This document shows positions 62,601 to 64,000 of a DNA stretch of 64,000 nucleotides, one piece after another. Source of the DNA: Squalus acanthias. Its lineage: Eukaryota. Made by a program: the position numbers and the translations under genes. The notes under the pieces are model-generated. The model saw nothing but the letters and a program-made list of their open reading frames with translations, was not told where the DNA came from and made no database searches. Every line of letters begins with the position of its first letter. Position 1 is the stretch's first letter. The stretch spans positions 137,332,001 to 137,396,000 of the forward strand of contig CM059432.1 of assembly GCA_030390025.1 (NCBI GenBank), written 5' to 3'.

Positions 62601-64000
62601 CAGGGGAGTGGGACTAAATTGGCGAGCTCTTTCAAAGAGCCGGCACAGGCACGATGGGCCGAATGGTCTCCTTCTGTGCTGTTTAAAAAAAAACAGCAAT
62701 TCCTGCTGAAGTTATGATGGGAAATCGGGATGAACCACTTCAAAGATTCATGGCCACCTGCTGTTCTCAAAATGGATGGGGGCATCCTGGCCACTGGGGA
62801 CTTGGTTGAGACATGCCGACCCAGGGGTCCCTCCCTGCGATCGTGCTGCCAGTACGCGCTTACCTTTCTGCCGACTGTGGTGGCCCGATATTGGTAGGCA
62901 AGTTGCAATCAGGACGCCTGTTTGGCACCACGCAACTCGCCTTGGCGTTACCAACCCTCCAGGATTGGCCTGGAGTCTCTAGGAATTGAAGATTGATCTC
63001 CAGGACACTGCGAGACAAAGGTGTCTTTTTCTTTCACTCTAGTTGAACACTTTTGTTTATTGGTTCTAAAAATATTGGAGATGGGAGGGGGAAAAAGGGC
63101 TGTTTGATTGACAGTCAAGAATCATCCGATCAGGCTATGAAGTCTTCGATTTCCAATTGTTGTGGGAAGGCGGGTCACCGTGAGGATGGACGTGTCGGGC
63201 GACCAATGGCGGGAGAGTGGGGAGGGGGGGCTGTTGGAGGTCATGTTACGAAATCTCCCGGAATACACCCAACCAGAGCTGGCGACCCTTAAGCTCGCTG
63301 ACCCGATGTTAATGAGGCCGCGTCTCGACATCACTGCCGCTTCTCTTCGTTTTCAAGGCGGTTCGACCCTCGAAAGTATTGTTGTTTCCCTTTAGCATCT
63401 TCTTGTTGCTGCTTTCAGCATTTACTGCTGTGTCAGCCTTGGCTCAGTGGCAGTCCTGTCGCTTCTGAGTCAGACGCTTGAGTGCCGGGCTCTTTTTCCG
63501 GCACCCCGCTCCCCGGTGGTCCAGCAGGGCCCCGGTGCGCGCTGCGCTAGGCCCCTCCCCTTTAATCAGGGGAGGGAGGCCTGTAATACTGCGGCGCTAC
63601 GTGCCGACGCGCCAGGCGCTGCTGCACGTAGCGCCGCGATATTCAATGGGAGCGCCCCAAGAGGGAGGGGGAGCACTTCCAGTAGCGTCCCGCCTCCTGC
63701 TTGGGGCGCTACCATTGAATTTTGGGCGCGGGACACAACCATGAAAAGAACTAAGCTTGCAAGAAATCTCCTTAGAGGTAGTAAAATAGGCGATTTTTGG
63801 AGTTGTTCCCTGGAAGGTGAATAGTATTTTTCTCATCAACTTGCGGACAAATGGTTAATTTGTCCCTCATCCATGCCTTTGTTACCTCTAGACTTGACCA
63901 TGCCAACGCTCTCCTTGCCAGCCTCCCACCTTCCACCCTCCATCAACTTGAGCTCATCCAAACCTCTGCTGTCCGTATCCTAACAAGTCCCGTTCACCCA
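56684..64000 (-). repeat. Right arm of large inverted duplication (continues past the window end)
   Basis: Starts tcggcagggaaatgagg (revcomp of 56027-56043). The last 20 nt are the revcomp of 46841-46860. Confidence 0.97.
58640..60655 (-). mobile_element. Duplicated copy of the CR1 at 52074-54081
   Basis: Near-identical ORFs 58739-59851, 59760-60266 and 60280-60669. Shares the original frameshift and has one extra in a G/C run (60299-60306). Confidence 0.95.

Noticed and set aside
1..64000. CRISPR array, prokaryotic operon or defence system
   Set aside because: No regularly spaced repeat-spacer array and no dense ORF packing. The sequence is an intron-containing vertebrate locus.

Overview
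Vertebrate genomic DNA, very probably from a cartilaginous fish (shark). This is inferred from the repeat repertoire: CR1 and L2 LINEs, SacSINE1/Deu-type SINEs and Penelope pLTRs. One host gene is present: a three-coding-exon galanin receptor type 1 (GALR1-like GPCR, 345 aa) on the minus strand (exons 27340-27993, 23336-23401, 8144-8461). The rest is mostly transposon-derived. Intron 2 holds a full-length decayed Mag-type Ty3/Gypsy element with very short LTRs. There are also two solo LTRs, Penelope-like insertions with inverted pLTRs carrying minimal hammerhead-ribozyme cores, RTE/CR1/L2 fragments, hAT and Harbinger-type MITEs, and an LF-SINE-like copy. The most striking structure is a large inverted duplication (palindrome): 56684-64000+ is the reverse complement of 46841-56043 around a 640-bp spacer. 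Its inner junction contains a 13-bp templated patch with microhomologies, a template-switching signature. The derived arm lacks 1885 bp, with the deletion breakpoint in a hairpin loop. Nearly all short ORFs in the ORF track are repeat-derived or spurious. All alignments and counts were done by eye.
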